Notes under the pieces: generated by a model
The model's input: only the letters and a program-made list of their open reading frames with translations
What the model was told of the DNA's origin: nothing
Databases searched by the model: none
In this document: positions 50,304 to 61,297 of the stretch, in pieces
How the letters are laid out: every line of letters begins with the position of its first letter
Position numbering within the stretch: the stretch's first letter is position 1
Program-made: the position numbers and the translations under genes
Assembly (NCBI GenBank): GCA_045122195.1
Contig: JBGVHH010000098.1
Span: 25,820 to 89,819, forward strand
Source of the DNA: Agathobacter sp.
GTDB lineage: Bacteria > Bacillota > Clostridia > Lachnospirales > Lachnospiraceae
Reading direction: 5' to 3'
DNA: 64,000 nt

Positions 50304-51221
50304 CTAAATTACTCCAGCGATTCCGCAAATTAGAACAATCGCTCCGAGTACGATTCTATACCATCCAAATATTTTAAAATCGTGTTTTTTTATGTAATCC
50401 ATAAGAAATCTGATTACAACCATGGATACAAAAAATGCAACAACCATAGCTAAAATTAAAATTGTAGCCTCTGTAAAAGTAAAATTCAGACCAAATTTTA
50501 ATATTTTGAGAAGGCTGGCTCCAAACATAACTGGAATTCCAAGGAAAAATGTAAACTCAGCTGCTGTAGCTCTCGATACACCAATTAATATTGCGCCCAT
50601 AATTGTTGCTCCTGATCTACTAGTACCAGGAAGCATTGCTGCCAACATTTGCCACAATCCAATAACCACTACTGCCTTATAGCTTAAATCAGTAATACTA
50701 TTTACTTTTGCCTGTCTCTTGTTATTTTTTGATTCTACTACAATAAACATTATTCCCAACACAATAAGCATTACTGCAACAACAACTACTTCAATTGCAG
50801 TCTTACCATTTGGAAGTGTTTTTCCAAAAAACTCAGTAACCTTGTCATCAAAAAGCAAACCATACGCAATTGCCGGTATACATGCAATAACTATTTTAAC
50901 CCACATCCAGAAAGCATTCATAGACAATGCTATTTTTCCAACTGCTGGATCTGATTTTGCAGTAATCAAAGTTTTACTATCCTTTGATGTATTATAAAAT
51001 GGCCAGATTTTTTTCCAATAATAAACTACAACTGCCATTATTGCTCCCAACTGAATTACTACCTGAAACATCTCATAGAATTCTTTAGGATTTTTACCAA
51101 TCTCAAGTGGCAAAATCTGATTCAACAAAATCATATGACCTGTACTACTAATTGGTAACCATTCTGTAATACCTTCAACAATTCCAAAAACAATAGCTGT
51201 AATAATGTCAAATAAATTCAT
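50304..51221 (-). CDS. uppP: Undecaprenyl-diphosphate phosphatase
   Basis: GIVEGITEWLPISSTGH, IQLGAI, PGTSRSGATI, AAEFTF, FGWYRI. Confidence 0.95.
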   Translation of the reverse strand: MNLFDIITAIVFGIVEGITEWLPISSTGHMILLNQILPLEIGKNPKEFYEMFQVVIQLGAIMAVVVYYWKKIWPFYNTSKDSKTLITAKSDPAVGKIALSMNAFWMWVKIVIACIPAIAYGLLFDDKVTEFFGKTLPNGKTAIEVVVVAVMLIVLGIMFIVVESKNNKRQAKVNSITDLSYKAVVVIGLWQMLAAMLPGTSRSGATIMGAILIGVSRATAAEFTFFLGIPVMFGASLLKILKFGLNFTFTEATILILAMVVAFFVSMVVIRFLMDYIKKHDFKIFGWYRIVLGAIVLICGIAGVI

Positions 51222-51242
51222 AATATAACAATCCCTTACTTT

Positions 51243-53897
51243 TTATTTTTCTAAATATGCAATAGAAATACTATTTCGTCCTGCAAAGCAAGCATTGGTA
51301 ACTGATGTTTTTCTAAAAATAACATTATCACACTTAATGTTATTTTTAATGTATCCATCAATAAACTCCTGCTGTTTTACACTTGTATCTGTGTAGGAAA
51401 TCCATAATTGTTTAATTTCTTTTTTACGCAATGGTTTAAGAGTCTGAATAATAAACTTTTCTTTGGTTTTATCTATATCACCTATCATAACTTCTGAAAG
51501 TTTTATCTTACTATTTTTCATTTTGTAAATTGTATGTACATTAAACATATCAAGAATAAAACCCACATGATTACTAATATATCCGTTCTTCCTTACATTT
51601 TCAAGCTTACCAAATAAAAATTTACTCTGAACTCGCTTTTCAACGTCATAAATATACTCCAAAACTTCTTTTGTACTACCGCCTTTACTAAGAAGACGAG
51701 CTGCCTCGCTTACAACAATTCCCATTCCACTTGCAATATGTCCTGAATCAATAACTGTAACACTTCCAAAGCATCTTGCTGCCTCAAGTGCATTTACATA
51801 ACTTTTTCCCATATCTTTTCCAAAAGATATATGTATAACTTCTTCCGCTTCTGTCAATAATCTTGCAAAAAAGTCCAGGTAATCTTCAACCGAAATCGTA
51901 GATGCATATACATCCGTAACTCCTGTTTTCAATAGTTCCGCATAATTATCCACATCCATTTCTATAGTATCCTTGAATCGGCCAACAGGAGTATTTACAT
52001 ATAGATAAACCAACTCGACCCCTAATTGTTTAGCATATGCCTCTGTAATATCGCTTACACATTCCGTGGAAATAATAGACCTCTTCTTCTTTGAAATATT
52101 TTTTATCAGTGTATCTCCAGTCCAACTCTTAATTATTCGGTTTGCATCAGATTTCTTGTATTCAATCATCTCATCAGGCAACAAAGCCATAATCGTAGAT
52201 TCTAATTGAATTCCGTTAAAAGGTTTTTCTATTAGGGCAGAGAAACAATGTTCCTCATTCATTTTAAACTTATTTTCATTGTTTTCACTTGTTAACAGTA
52301 TCATAGGAGTATCTTTACAAAGGCCATTTTCCTGAAATCTTACAGCCTCGTATATCAGCTCCTCATTATTTCCCTTAACCATTGAATCATCAATAAGTAT
52401 TATATGATAATATTTTCGAAGAGTAGCCTCTAACACTTCTTCTTTGTTTTTAGCACTATCAATAATAAGCTTTGTATTTCGTAATAATTTAGAACATACA
52501 ATTTTGTCGTTTTCATTTTCAAACGCAAGTAAAATCCTCGCTTCAGGTGCCTCTAAAAGTTGTTGATTCAACAATCTCTTATTGCTTTTGTTAGCCATAA
52601 AATCTATAGTTCCAATTGGAGTATGGTCAATTATTGGCTGATATAAAATAACTGTAAATTTAGAACCCTTTGTATAAATACTGTCTACAGTAATCTCTCC
52701 ATCCATCAAATCAATCAGCTGCTTACTGATGGATAAACCAAGTCCCCTGCCTTCAATATTTTTTTTATTATCCGTACTTGTAAATGAGTCAAATAAGTGT
52801 TCAAAATTTTCTGTTTTAATTCCTATTCCCGTGTCTTCTACCGAAATAGTCATTCTGCACACTAAATCATCGAGATTATCAGCTTTTACGCTAAAGATAA
52901 TACTTCCCTCTTTTGTGTATTTTAAAGCATTAGAAAGAAGGTTAATCACAACCTGTTTTATACGCTTTGAATCCCCTTTTAGCAGGGATGGCATATCACG
53001 GTCAACCTCCACAACAAATTCAAGCTTCTTCTCCTCAATTGAATATCTAAACATCTCAACAAGATCACTAAACATTTCTTCAGTGCTATATGTTATGGTA
53101 TCTAATTCCATCATTTTATTTTCTATTCTCGATAAATCCAGAATATCATTTACCATAGCAAGTAGCATCTTGCTTTCGTTTTGGATTCCTTCAACATCCT
53201 CTAACAATTCATCAGATAGATTTTCCTCTCTTAATATTATCTCACTTAATCCAATAATAGAATTAATTGGAGTTCTTATCTCGTGACTCATGCTTGTAAA
53301 AAATGAATTTTTTCTGTTACTTATATCCTCTATCTCATCTCTTTGATTTAGGGCAAATTTTCTCGCCGAATCATATGATTTTAACTGAAACTTTGTAATT
53401 GCCCCGAGAAGAATTCCTACAAAAATTACAGCAAATAAAGAATCGGCAATTATCTCACCTTCATTCTTAAACTCAATAATCATTTCAGGATGAAAATAGC
53501 CTACAATATAGGTAGCAACAAATGTTGCAATAGTCATTGTAAGAAATAGGTACATCTTAAATCCATCATACAATCCGATAACATAGAATATTCCCATGAT
53601 AAACCAGACAGTTGCTCCTCCACGAATGCCACCTGAAGTAAAATATGTAAGTGGAAAAACGAGAAATATTGCAGATACCCCCACAATAAATTCTGCCCAT
53701 ATGATTTTATTAATTTTATAAGCAAAAAAGTACGCTATAATAAAGCAAAGCAATAATATACCAAGACCTATAAAGCTCTCTTTTTGGGGCAAAAGAATAG
53801 CTTGTTCAATAATAGCAAGTATACAAAGAATTATTCCTATTTTTACGAGTCTTTTTATTAACTTTTCTCTGATACTTTCTGCATGATTATCATTCAT
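51243..53897 (-). CDS. Membrane hybrid sensor histidine kinase with receiver and C-terminal DegV-like domain
   Basis: Multi-TM N-terminus, SHEIRTP, NLLSNA.KYT, DTGIG, GLGL. Atypical REC (LLAFE...IILIDD...LT...KP). C-terminus STECVSDI, ST.SV.DY, IHIS, VIDSGH...GMG resembles DegV. Confidence 0.85.
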   Translation of the reverse strand: MNDNHAESIREKLIKRLVKIGIILCILAIIEQAILLPQKESFIGLGILLLCFIIAYFFAYKINKIIWAEFIVGVSAIFLVFPLTYFTSGGIRGGATVWFIMGIFYVIGLYDGFKMYLFLTMTIATFVATYIVGYFHPEMIIEFKNEGEIIADSLFAVIFVGILLGAITKFQLKSYDSARKFALNQRDEIEDISNRKNSFFTSMSHEIRTPINSIIGLSEIILREENLSDELLEDVEGIQNESKMLLAMVNDILDLSRIENKMMELDTITYSTEEMFSDLVEMFRYSIEEKKLEFVVEVDRDMPSLLKGDSKRIKQVVINLLSNALKYTKEGSIIFSVKADNLDDLVCRMTISVEDTGIGIKTENFEHLFDSFTSTDNKKNIEGRGLGLSISKQLIDLMDGEITVDSIYTKGSKFTVILYQPIIDHTPIGTIDFMANKSNKRLLNQQLLEAPEARILLAFENENDKIVCSKLLRNTKLIIDSAKNKEEVLEATLRKYYHIILIDDSMVKGNNEELIYEAVRFQENGLCKDTPMILLTSENNENKFKMNEEHCFSALIEKPFNGIQLESTIMALLPDEMIEYKKSDANRIIKSWTGDTLIKNISKKKRSIISTECVSDITEAYAKQLGVELVYLYVNTPVGRFKDTIEMDVDNYAELLKTGVTDVYASTISVEDYLDFFARLLTEAEEVIHISFGKDMGKSYVNALEAARCFGSVTVIDSGHIASGMGIVVSEAARLLSKGGSTKEVLEYIYDVEKRVQSKFLFGKLENVRKNGYISNHVGFILDMFNVHTIYKMKNSKIKLSEVMIGDIDKTKEKFIIQTLKPLRKKEIKQLWISYTDTSVKQQEFIDGYIKNNIKCDNVIFRKTSVTNACFAGRNSISIAYLEK

Positions 53898-53898
53898 A

Positions 53899-56664
53899 CT
53901 ATTCCCCTTCTTTCTCAAGATTAGCAACCTTCTGTTTAAGTTTATCTAATGCTGACATATAATCGGAATTTTGAATTTTATTATATATCTGCTTTAACTC
54001 CACAGATAAAAGATGTCCATGAAATTTATAATTTCCGATTTCAAGAATAATATCACTCATTTCATTTTCATCAAAGTCAAAAACAGCCTCTTCAAATTTT
54101 GATATGTAATCTTTCATTTGTTCATCAGACAAATCTTCATATTCAGATAAATCCTCTTCCTGTTGCATCTCCTGATTAAACATTTCAGCTAATACATCAA
54201 GAATTCTTGAATATTCGTCAAGCATCTGTTCATGATTTGCCAAAATATATTCAAAATCTTCTGCTTTACCTGCCATTTCAATATTTAATGCCAACTCAGA
54301 AAGTTTGTTTATTCCCACAGTTTTCATTGAACTTTTTAGTCCGTGAACATAAATCACATAATTTTTCCAGTCATTTTTCATAAAGGCTGAAGAAATTTTG
54401 TTATAATTGTCTTTCCCATCCTCAAAGTGAAGTTTTAACACTTCCATCAAATTTTCCTTTGAACCACAGAATTTAATTCCCTGTTCAAAATCTATATCTC
54501 CTATTTTAAGTTCTTGCTTTCCCGGATCTTGTTTTGAAGATTCTTCGTTATCCTTTTCGATGGATGAATTTTTATCCTCCACTACTTTGTCTTCTTCCAA
54601 AGAAGAATATTCGATTTTTTCTTCGGGCAAAAAATTTCTAAGAGTTCTCTTTAATACTGATAAATCTATTGGCTTTGACATAAAAGCCTGAAATCCCTCT
54701 TCAAGAAGCATTTCTCTTGCTCCTGGAACTGCATTGGCAGTTAAGGCAACTACCGGAACTTCTTTATAATACAGCCCGTTTTTCTGGCGAATCTTCTTAA
54801 CAGTCTCTACTCCATCCATTTCTGGCATCATATGATCCATAAAAATCATGTCATATTTCTGATTTTCAATAAGTTTTAATGCCTCAAAACCACTTAAAGC
54901 AGTATCCACCTGAATCTTAAATGGCTTGATTAACCCACATGCGACTTTTAGATTAATTTCATTATCATCAACAATCATTATTTTTGCAGTAGGTGCAGTA
55001 AATTTTCTGTTTTTTTCTGAGGTAATATATCCATTTTCATTATTTCCAGCGCTTTCTATTGCCGCCATAACAGGGAATATATATATCGGCTTAGGCAACT
55101 TAATAATTTTTTCAGACTCCACTTCATTCTCCTGATTAGACTCAAGAATAACTATCAAATTGTGATTGTTTGCAATTTTATTAAAATAGCTCTTATCCAT
55201 TTTATATACAAGAACACTTATGAATATCTGGCTATAATAATTCTGTTCAACTCTTCTTTTTAACTCAGCAAGATTATGACACATATGAAGCGGAGCATTC
55301 ATAAACTTAGCAATATTCTTTATTGATTCATTGTACTCATCCCTAACCATGCTCATCTTAAACTGTTCCATATCAATATACACAAGCATGTTTTGTTTCT
55401 TGGAATTATCAACTTTAATTATAGATTCTGAATTGCTAATCTTCTGTGGAATTATCATTTTCACTTCAGTTCCAACACCCAATTCACTCTTAACCTGTAT
55501 AAAGCCTCCCATTTTCTCAAGAATAACCTTTGATATTGCAAGACCAAGTCCTATACCACCCTCCTGACGATTTCTCTTAGAATCCACCTGTGAAAAGCTT
55601 GTAAAAATGTTTTCAAGGCTTCCGTTATCCATACCTATACCTGTATCTTTAACGGTAATACATAGATTTATTCCGTAATTTTCTTCTCTATAATCAAATT
55701 TGATAACAATACAGCCGTCGTTTGTAAATTTAATAGCATTGCTAATTACATTCATCGCTACCTGCTTGATTTTTGCCTCATCACCGCACAATTCTCTAGG
55801 AATTGTTGGATTACAGTCTACAATAATCTCAATAGGTTTAGAGTTTTTTTGAGAATTTGTCATATTTACAATATCATTTATTGTAGAATCTATACTGTAG
55901 CTACTTTCTTCGAAAACAAATTTTCCAGACTGAAGCTCTGTAAAATCCAACAAATCATTTACAACTGCTAGTAGACTTTTACCTGACATCTGTATATATT
56001 CAATTTTTTCTCGGATATCCTTTGGCAAATCTTCACTTAGTAATATTTCACTCATTCCATTAATGGAATTAATTGGCGTTCTCAGTTCATGACTGACATT
56101 TGCCAAGAAATCATCCTTGCTTCTTTGTGCACTCTCAAGCTTAGAAATAACATTTCTGATATTTTTCTGACTTACATTTCGTTTGGAAAGCCATATTTTG
56201 ATATATATTAGAACTAAAAAGGCATTTACAAAATAAAGCGAATACTCATATACCTCAAAAAATGATTTTATTCCAAAGGACTGCTTAACTAATCCATGAA
56301 AAAGAATCAAAAAAACAATTGAAATTGTCGGAAAAATAATTGTTTTTTCATTTCCAGAAAGCCCCAATAAAACAACATTTGTGATAAATGGGACAATAAC
56401 TATAAGAAGTGAATCTGTATTTACCGAAAACACAGTAAATCCAAGCATAAGTAAAAAAGCATAAATTCTCGTCCTTGTATTATAGTCAAAATATTTACCT
56501 ATATATACAATAAGCATTATGGCAGCCGCTCCCACAATAAAGGCAGGTATCCAGTTTTTCCATCCCCATGTCAGCGAATAAAAAAACATTCCATAATAAT
56601 TTATCATCATCATTACAACAACTAATCTTTCCAGATTTCTGTCTTCATCACGTCTGCTCTTCAT
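53899..56664 (-). CDS. Membrane hybrid sensor histidine kinase with receiver and HPt domains
   Basis: SHELRTP, SNAIKFT, DTGIG, GIGLGL. REC IVDDN...FMDHMMP...LTAN...KP. HPt VHGLKSS...G. Confidence 0.92.
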   Translation of the reverse strand: MKSRRDEDRNLERLVVVMMMINYYGMFFYSLTWGWKNWIPAFIVGAAAIMLIVYIGKYFDYNTRTRIYAFLLMLGFTVFSVNTDSLLIVIVPFITNVVLLGLSGNEKTIIFPTISIVFLILFHGLVKQSFGIKSFFEVYEYSLYFVNAFLVLIYIKIWLSKRNVSQKNIRNVISKLESAQRSKDDFLANVSHELRTPINSINGMSEILLSEDLPKDIREKIEYIQMSGKSLLAVVNDLLDFTELQSGKFVFEESSYSIDSTINDIVNMTNSQKNSKPIEIIVDCNPTIPRELCGDEAKIKQVAMNVISNAIKFTNDGCIVIKFDYREENYGINLCITVKDTGIGMDNGSLENIFTSFSQVDSKRNRQEGGIGLGLAISKVILEKMGGFIQVKSELGVGTEVKMIIPQKISNSESIIKVDNSKKQNMLVYIDMEQFKMSMVRDEYNESIKNIAKFMNAPLHMCHNLAELKRRVEQNYYSQIFISVLVYKMDKSYFNKIANNHNLIVILESNQENEVESEKIIKLPKPIYIFPVMAAIESAGNNENGYITSEKNRKFTAPTAKIMIVDDNEINLKVACGLIKPFKIQVDTALSGFEALKLIENQKYDMIFMDHMMPEMDGVETVKKIRQKNGLYYKEVPVVALTANAVPGAREMLLEEGFQAFMSKPIDLSVLKRTLRNFLPEEKIEYSSLEEDKVVEDKNSSIEKDNEESSKQDPGKQELKIGDIDFEQGIKFCGSKENLMEVLKLHFEDGKDNYNKISSAFMKNDWKNYVIYVHGLKSSMKTVGINKLSELALNIEMAGKAEDFEYILANHEQMLDEYSRILDVLAEMFNQEMQQEEDLSEYEDLSDEQMKDYISKFEEAVFDFDENEMSDIILEIGNYKFHGHLLSVELKQIYNKIQNSDYMSALDKLKQKVANLEKEGE

Positions 56665-56674
56665 AAAAACCTCC

Positions 56675-56711
56675 AAAAAAACCGACGCTGTCCAATGACA
56701 GCATCGGTTAA
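56675..56711 (-). terminator. Intrinsic terminator after the MCP gene
   Basis: Minus strand ACCGATGCTGTC-attg-GACAGCGTCGGT followed by TTTTTT. Confidence 0.8.
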
Positions 56712-56717
56712 AGAACT

Positions 56718-58157
56718 TTAATACTTTCCAAATCCATCCCCTAGTGAAATAATCTGCTCATTTGGATTATCATCCACCAAACACTCTTGCTGTTCTACAG
56801 TTTCTTTTGTCTGTGGTGTTCTTGTCACATCCACAGAAGTTTTAATAGATGATGGTGCTGATGCACCTGATGTTGAAATTGATGAGGTTGAAACATCCTC
56901 CTTGTAAACAGCTTCCTTCTCCCCAAGCTGATAAATAGAAAGCATCTGTTGCATATGTACTGCCTGTTCTGAAAGATGCTCACTTGCAGCAGCACACTCT
57001 TCACTGGTTGCTGAATTAGTCTGAACAACCTGTGATACCTGATTGATTGCCTGATTTATCTGAGCAACAGCAGTTGCCTGATAATTCGAAGCCTCAGCGA
57101 TATCATTTACAATTGTCTCACTTTGTGTAACACCCTCTGTAATAGTAGCAAGTGCCTTTGCAGTATCATCTGCAATTTTAGAACCCACATTTACCTTAGC
57201 AATTGAATCTTCAATAAGCTCTGCTGTCTCAGCCGCAGCAGCAGCACTTTTCGCCGCAAGATTTCTAACCTCTTCTGCTACAACAGCAAAACCTTTTCCT
57301 GCATCTCCAGCTCTAGCCGCCTCAACAGCTGCATTTAATGCAAGAATATTCGTCTGAAATGCAATATCATCAATAACCTTTATAATCTTTGAAATACTCT
57401 CTGAAGACTTATTGATATCAGACATTGCATTCATCATGTCTTCCATCTGCTCATTACCTTTATTTACATAATCAATTGCAGAATGCATAAGGTCTGATGC
57501 TTCATTTGCCTGAGTAGCATTTACTCTGGTCTTCTCTGCAATATCAGTAATTGATGATGTTATCTCTTCGATTGCACTTGCCTGCTCTGTAGATCCCTGG
57601 GCCAAAGCCTCGCTTGCGCTTGCAACCTGATTAGAACTTGTCATAACCTGATATGCAGAATCTCTGATGTTTGAAAGTGCATGGTTATTTTTTTCAACCA
57701 TAAGTTCAAGAGCCATTCCTAACTTATCATTCTGACTTCTTAAATCAATATCAACTGTCAAATCTCCATTCGCAACAGAAGCTGCTAATTTGGCCTGTTC
57801 TCTTGATGACATCAATAATTTCTGATAAATTTCAAGAAGCTCTCCAAATTCGTCCTTTGAATCAACCACAATATTTAAATCAAGATTACCAACCGCTAAT
57901 TCATGAGTATAATTATTCAACTTATTAAAATTGATTCTTATGCTTCTTAATATGGTAATTGTAAAATACGCCTGAATTACTAAAAATACAACAAGAAGTA
58001 TTATCATTAGAGTTGTATACCGCTTTACTACATTAATGGGATTTTCAGCTGATACAATTCTATTCATCTCTAAAATACTTTGTAAAATTAATAAAATAAT
58101 TACTACATTCGCAAACGAGAATGCAATTATAAGCTTTGTATGCAATTTTCCTTTCAT
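56718..58157 (-). CDS. Methyl-accepting chemotaxis protein
   Basis: Two TMs, [40 protein letters not shown]-terminal GFGKY pentapeptide. Confidence 0.95.
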   Translation of the reverse strand: MKGKLHTKLIIAFSFANVVIILLILQSILEMNRIVSAENPINVVKRYTTLMIILLVVFLVIQAYFTITILRSIRINFNKLNNYTHELAVGNLDLNIVVDSKDEFGELLEIYQKLLMSSREQAKLAASVANGDLTVDIDLRSQNDKLGMALELMVEKNNHALSNIRDSAYQVMTSSNQVASASEALAQGSTEQASAIEEITSSITDIAEKTRVNATQANEASDLMHSAIDYVNKGNEQMEDMMNAMSDINKSSESISKIIKVIDDIAFQTNILALNAAVEAARAGDAGKGFAVVAEEVRNLAAKSAAAAAETAELIEDSIAKVNVGSKIADDTAKALATITEGVTQSETIVNDIAEASNYQATAVAQINQAINQVSQVVQTNSATSEECAAASEHLSEQAVHMQQMLSIYQLGEKEAVYKEDVSTSSISTSGASAPSSIKTSVDVTRTPQTKETVEQQECLVDDNPNEQIISLGDGFGKY

Positions 58158-58660
58158 TACTCCTCATCCTCACTTTCTTCTTTTGAGTTATTTACCTTCT
58201 CAATTACAGCGATATCCTCATCATTAAGTAGTTTCTCAGGATCCAACAAAAGTTTAACCGAATCCCCTACCTTACCTATACCATATACATATTTGTTCTT
58301 CGAAGTATCAGCTTTGCCTATTTTAGGATTAGGAAGTATATTTCCCTCTGTAATCTCTACAACTTCCGCAATCTGTTCTACAATAAGTCCAACTACCATA
58401 TCTTGATAATTTAAAACAATTATACAGGTTCTATCATTGTATTCAAAAGGCTCCTGTTTAAAGCGCAATCTCACATCAATCACAGGAATAATCTTCCCTC
58501 GAAGATTTATTAATCCTTTGATGTAATCAACAGTCTCTGGGATTTCTGTAATTTCCTGATATACAATTATTTCATTTACATACTCAATTTTCAGTCCGAA
58601 ATATTCGTTTCCGGATTTGAAAGTAACATATTTATCTATATGTGTTTGATTCTTATCCAT
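58157..58660 (-). CDS. cheW: Chemotaxis adaptor CheW
   Basis: FGL.I..V.EI, IP....[24 protein letters not shown]. Confidence 0.94.
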   Translation of the reverse strand: MDKNQTHIDKYVTFKSGNEYFGLKIEYVNEIIVYQEITEIPETVDYIKGLINLRGKIIPVIDVRLRFKQEPFEYNDRTCIIVLNYQDMVVGLIVEQIAEVVEITEGNILPNPKIGKADTSKNKYVYGIGKVGDSVKLLLDPEKLLNDEDIAVIEKVNNSKEESEDEE

Positions 58661-58688
58661 TTGTTCCCCTCACATCCATATTTAATAT

Positions 58689-60851
58689 TTATTCACATAC
58701 TCCGGCTGGATCAAGTATCAATGCTATACTGCCATCACCAAGCTGTGTACATCCAGATAAGCCTTTAACCTTTTTCACATAAGAAGGAATAGGTTTTACA
58801 ACTATTTCCTGTTTTCCAACAAGTCTATCCACGAAAAGACAAATCTGTTTATCCTCAACTGCAAGGATTACCATCATGCCATCTTCAACATTCGTCTTAC
58901 AATCCTTGATGTTGTAATACTCTCCGATTCTTCGAACCGGATATACATCACCACGTATCATTACCCCTTCCGTTCCATCAGGCTCGCGAATCATCATTTC
59001 CTCTTTTACACTCACAAATTCCTTAACAACACCAGTCTCAATAACGAAGCTGGATGAACCAACACTCATCACAATTCCGTCTACTATAGCAAGTGTTAGT
59101 GGAATTTTTAAATTCATAGTACTTCCACAACCTGGAATACTTTCAATTTCAAGATTTCCACCGATTTCCTGAATATTAGATACTACAACATCCATACCAA
59201 CACCTCGGCCTGAATACTCAGTAACTTTTTCATTGGTAGAAAAACCAGGTAAAGTTATAAACTGATAAACCTCTTTATCTGTATATGCACTATCTGGCTT
59301 ACTAGAATCAAGTATTCCCTGCTTTCTAGCTTTTTCTATAATTTTATCCCTTTCCAGACCTTTTCCATCATCTGTTACGCTAATCCAAACCTTTCCAGAT
59401 TCTGTCTTAGCAGAAAGAGTTATTGTTCCTTTTTCTGTTTTTCCCGCAGCAATTCTCTCTTCTTTTGACTCAATACCATGGTCAACTGAATTTCTAACCA
59501 GATGCATAAGTGGATCGGAAATATGTTCAATTATATTCTTGTCCACCTCTGTAGTCTCACCAACCATCTGAAAATCAATATCTTTACCAAGTTTTCGTGA
59601 TACATCAAATACAATTCTATTCATTTTCTGAAATGTATTAGTAAGTGGAACCATTCGCATCGACATGATTACATTCTGTAAATCAGTCGAGATTTTTGCC
59701 ATCTGTGCTGCCGCTTTATTAAAATTATCAAGTCTAAGTCCAGGTACCTTTAAATCAGGATTCTGTAGAACAACTGATTCTGAAATAACAAGTTCTCCTA
59801 TTAAATCCATAAGCATGTCCATCTTCTTTATATCTACACTTATAAAAGCAGCTTTATCTGTTTTAGCCTTCTTATCCTTTGCAAGCTTCTTTGCTTTTCC
59901 AGGACTCTTATCCTGAACAACATAGTCACCAGCCTTAGGCTTTGATACCTTTTCTTTAGCATCTTCTTCTTTTGCATCCGCAGCTGCCTCTATTTCTTCA
60001 ACACTTGAAACAAGATCTATTTTTAAATTTGCCTCTGAACCATCAAATCCCTGATAGTAATCTTCTTTTGTGCACTCATAGATATCGACCTTTTTAATAT
60101 CATAACCTGGTCGAATTATCTGACTTAATTCTTCTTTTGTTTTTTTGGTTTTTAAAATAATTTTAAAACCATCTTCAATTATCTTTTGTGCAGTCCCTTC
60201 GTCTGAAACAAGCTCCTCAGGACTATACTGCATCTCATCAGCAATAGGCTTTAACGCATATACAATCTTATATGCATGAACATTTGCAAGTTCTATTTCT
60301 GGATAATATTCAAGATAAATACGGTAATAATGACTATCCCCACCATTACTTACAGGTGGAATGTAGAACTGTTGCATAGAATTAGAAGACTGTTCTTCTT
60401 TCTGATCATCTTTGCTGTTTTTTGTATTCTTACTACCATCATTACCTTTTATTTTATTAAGAAATTTATCTAATTCCGCAATGATTGGCTTTGAATTACC
60501 ATCTGCTTCTTCTCCATTTTGAATTTTATCTAATTCATCAGTGATAAAATCAGCAACCTTTAAAACATGCTCAACTAATTCCACATGTGGTACATTTTTA
60601 GGACGAGACTCACGCAAAAAATAGAACACATCTTCTAGTTTATGTGCTATAGCCGTAATATCATCATACATCATAATGGCCGATGACCCCTTTATGGTAT
60701 GCATAGTACGGAATATTTCATTTATACTATCTTCATCAAAAAATTCTTCGTCTTTCTGTTCAAGAACAATCTCCTGCAAATTTTCTAACAACTGCCCATT
60801 CTCGAAAAGATAAGCGTCAAGCATATCTTGAGTATTAAATTCAATACCCAT
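58689..60851 (-). CDS. cheA: Chemotaxis histidine kinase CheA
   Basis: IFRTMHTIKGSS (HPt), IGELVI, HLVRNSVDHGIE, DDGKG, PGFST, SGRGVGMDVV, PLTLAI, C-terminal CheW domain. Confidence 0.96.
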   Translation of the reverse strand: MGIEFNTQDMLDAYLFENGQLLENLQEIVLEQKDEEFFDEDSINEIFRTMHTIKGSSAIMMYDDITAIAHKLEDVFYFLRESRPKNVPHVELVEHVLKVADFITDELDKIQNGEEADGNSKPIIAELDKFLNKIKGNDGSKNTKNSKDDQKEEQSSNSMQQFYIPPVSNGGDSHYYRIYLEYYPEIELANVHAYKIVYALKPIADEMQYSPEELVSDEGTAQKIIEDGFKIILKTKKTKEELSQIIRPGYDIKKVDIYECTKEDYYQGFDGSEANLKIDLVSSVEEIEAAADAKEEDAKEKVSKPKAGDYVVQDKSPGKAKKLAKDKKAKTDKAAFISVDIKKMDMLMDLIGELVISESVVLQNPDLKVPGLRLDNFNKAAAQMAKISTDLQNVIMSMRMVPLTNTFQKMNRIVFDVSRKLGKDIDFQMVGETTEVDKNIIEHISDPLMHLVRNSVDHGIESKEERIAAGKTEKGTITLSAKTESGKVWISVTDDGKGLERDKIIEKARKQGILDSSKPDSAYTDKEVYQFITLPGFSTNEKVTEYSGRGVGMDVVVSNIQEIGGNLEIESIPGCGSTMNLKIPLTLAIVDGIVMSVGSSSFVIETGVVKEFVSVKEEMMIREPDGTEGVMIRGDVYPVRRIGEYYNIKDCKTNVEDGMMVILAVEDKQICLFVDRLVGKQEIVVKPIPSYVKKVKGLSGCTQLGDGSIALILDPAGVCE

Positions 60852-60887
60852 GTAATCCACCTTCCCTTTTTAATTCATAACACTATT

Positions 60888-61283
60888 TTACTCTATTAGA
60901 CCAATCTTTTTCAATGCCTGTTCAAATCTATTTTGATCAATTGGTTTTCCTGAATAAATAGTACAGCCTAAATCAAATGCCATTTTTACATTTTTCTCTT
61001 CATTTAAGGCTGTAGCCATGATAACCTTAACCTGTTTTTCAGGGGGGATATTTTTTTCTTTTTCAAGATTTCTAATTCCCATGAGTGCCTGATATCCATC
61101 CATTACAGGCATCATAATATCCAGGCAAACCAAATCATATGGCTCATCTTCTTCCAGTGCAAGCATGAATGCATCAACTGCTTCCATTCCATCTACAGTC
61201 ACATCACACTCACCATATTTAGCTAAAAAGCTTGCCATAAATTTTCTCGTTACAAAATCATCTTCTGCTAATAGAATTTTCAT
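60888..61283 (-). CDS. cheY: Single-domain response regulator (CheY-like)
   Basis: AEDD, CLDIMMP.MDG, MATA and KP inside the che cluster. Confidence 0.85.
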   Translation of the reverse strand: MKILLAEDDFVTRKFMASFLAKYGECDVTVDGMEAVDAFMLALEEDEPYDLVCLDIMMPVMDGYQALMGIRNLEKEKNIPPEKQVKVIMATALNEEKNVKMAFDLGCTIYSGKPIDQNRFEQALKKIGLIE

Positions 61284-61297
61284 AGTAATTCCTCTCC

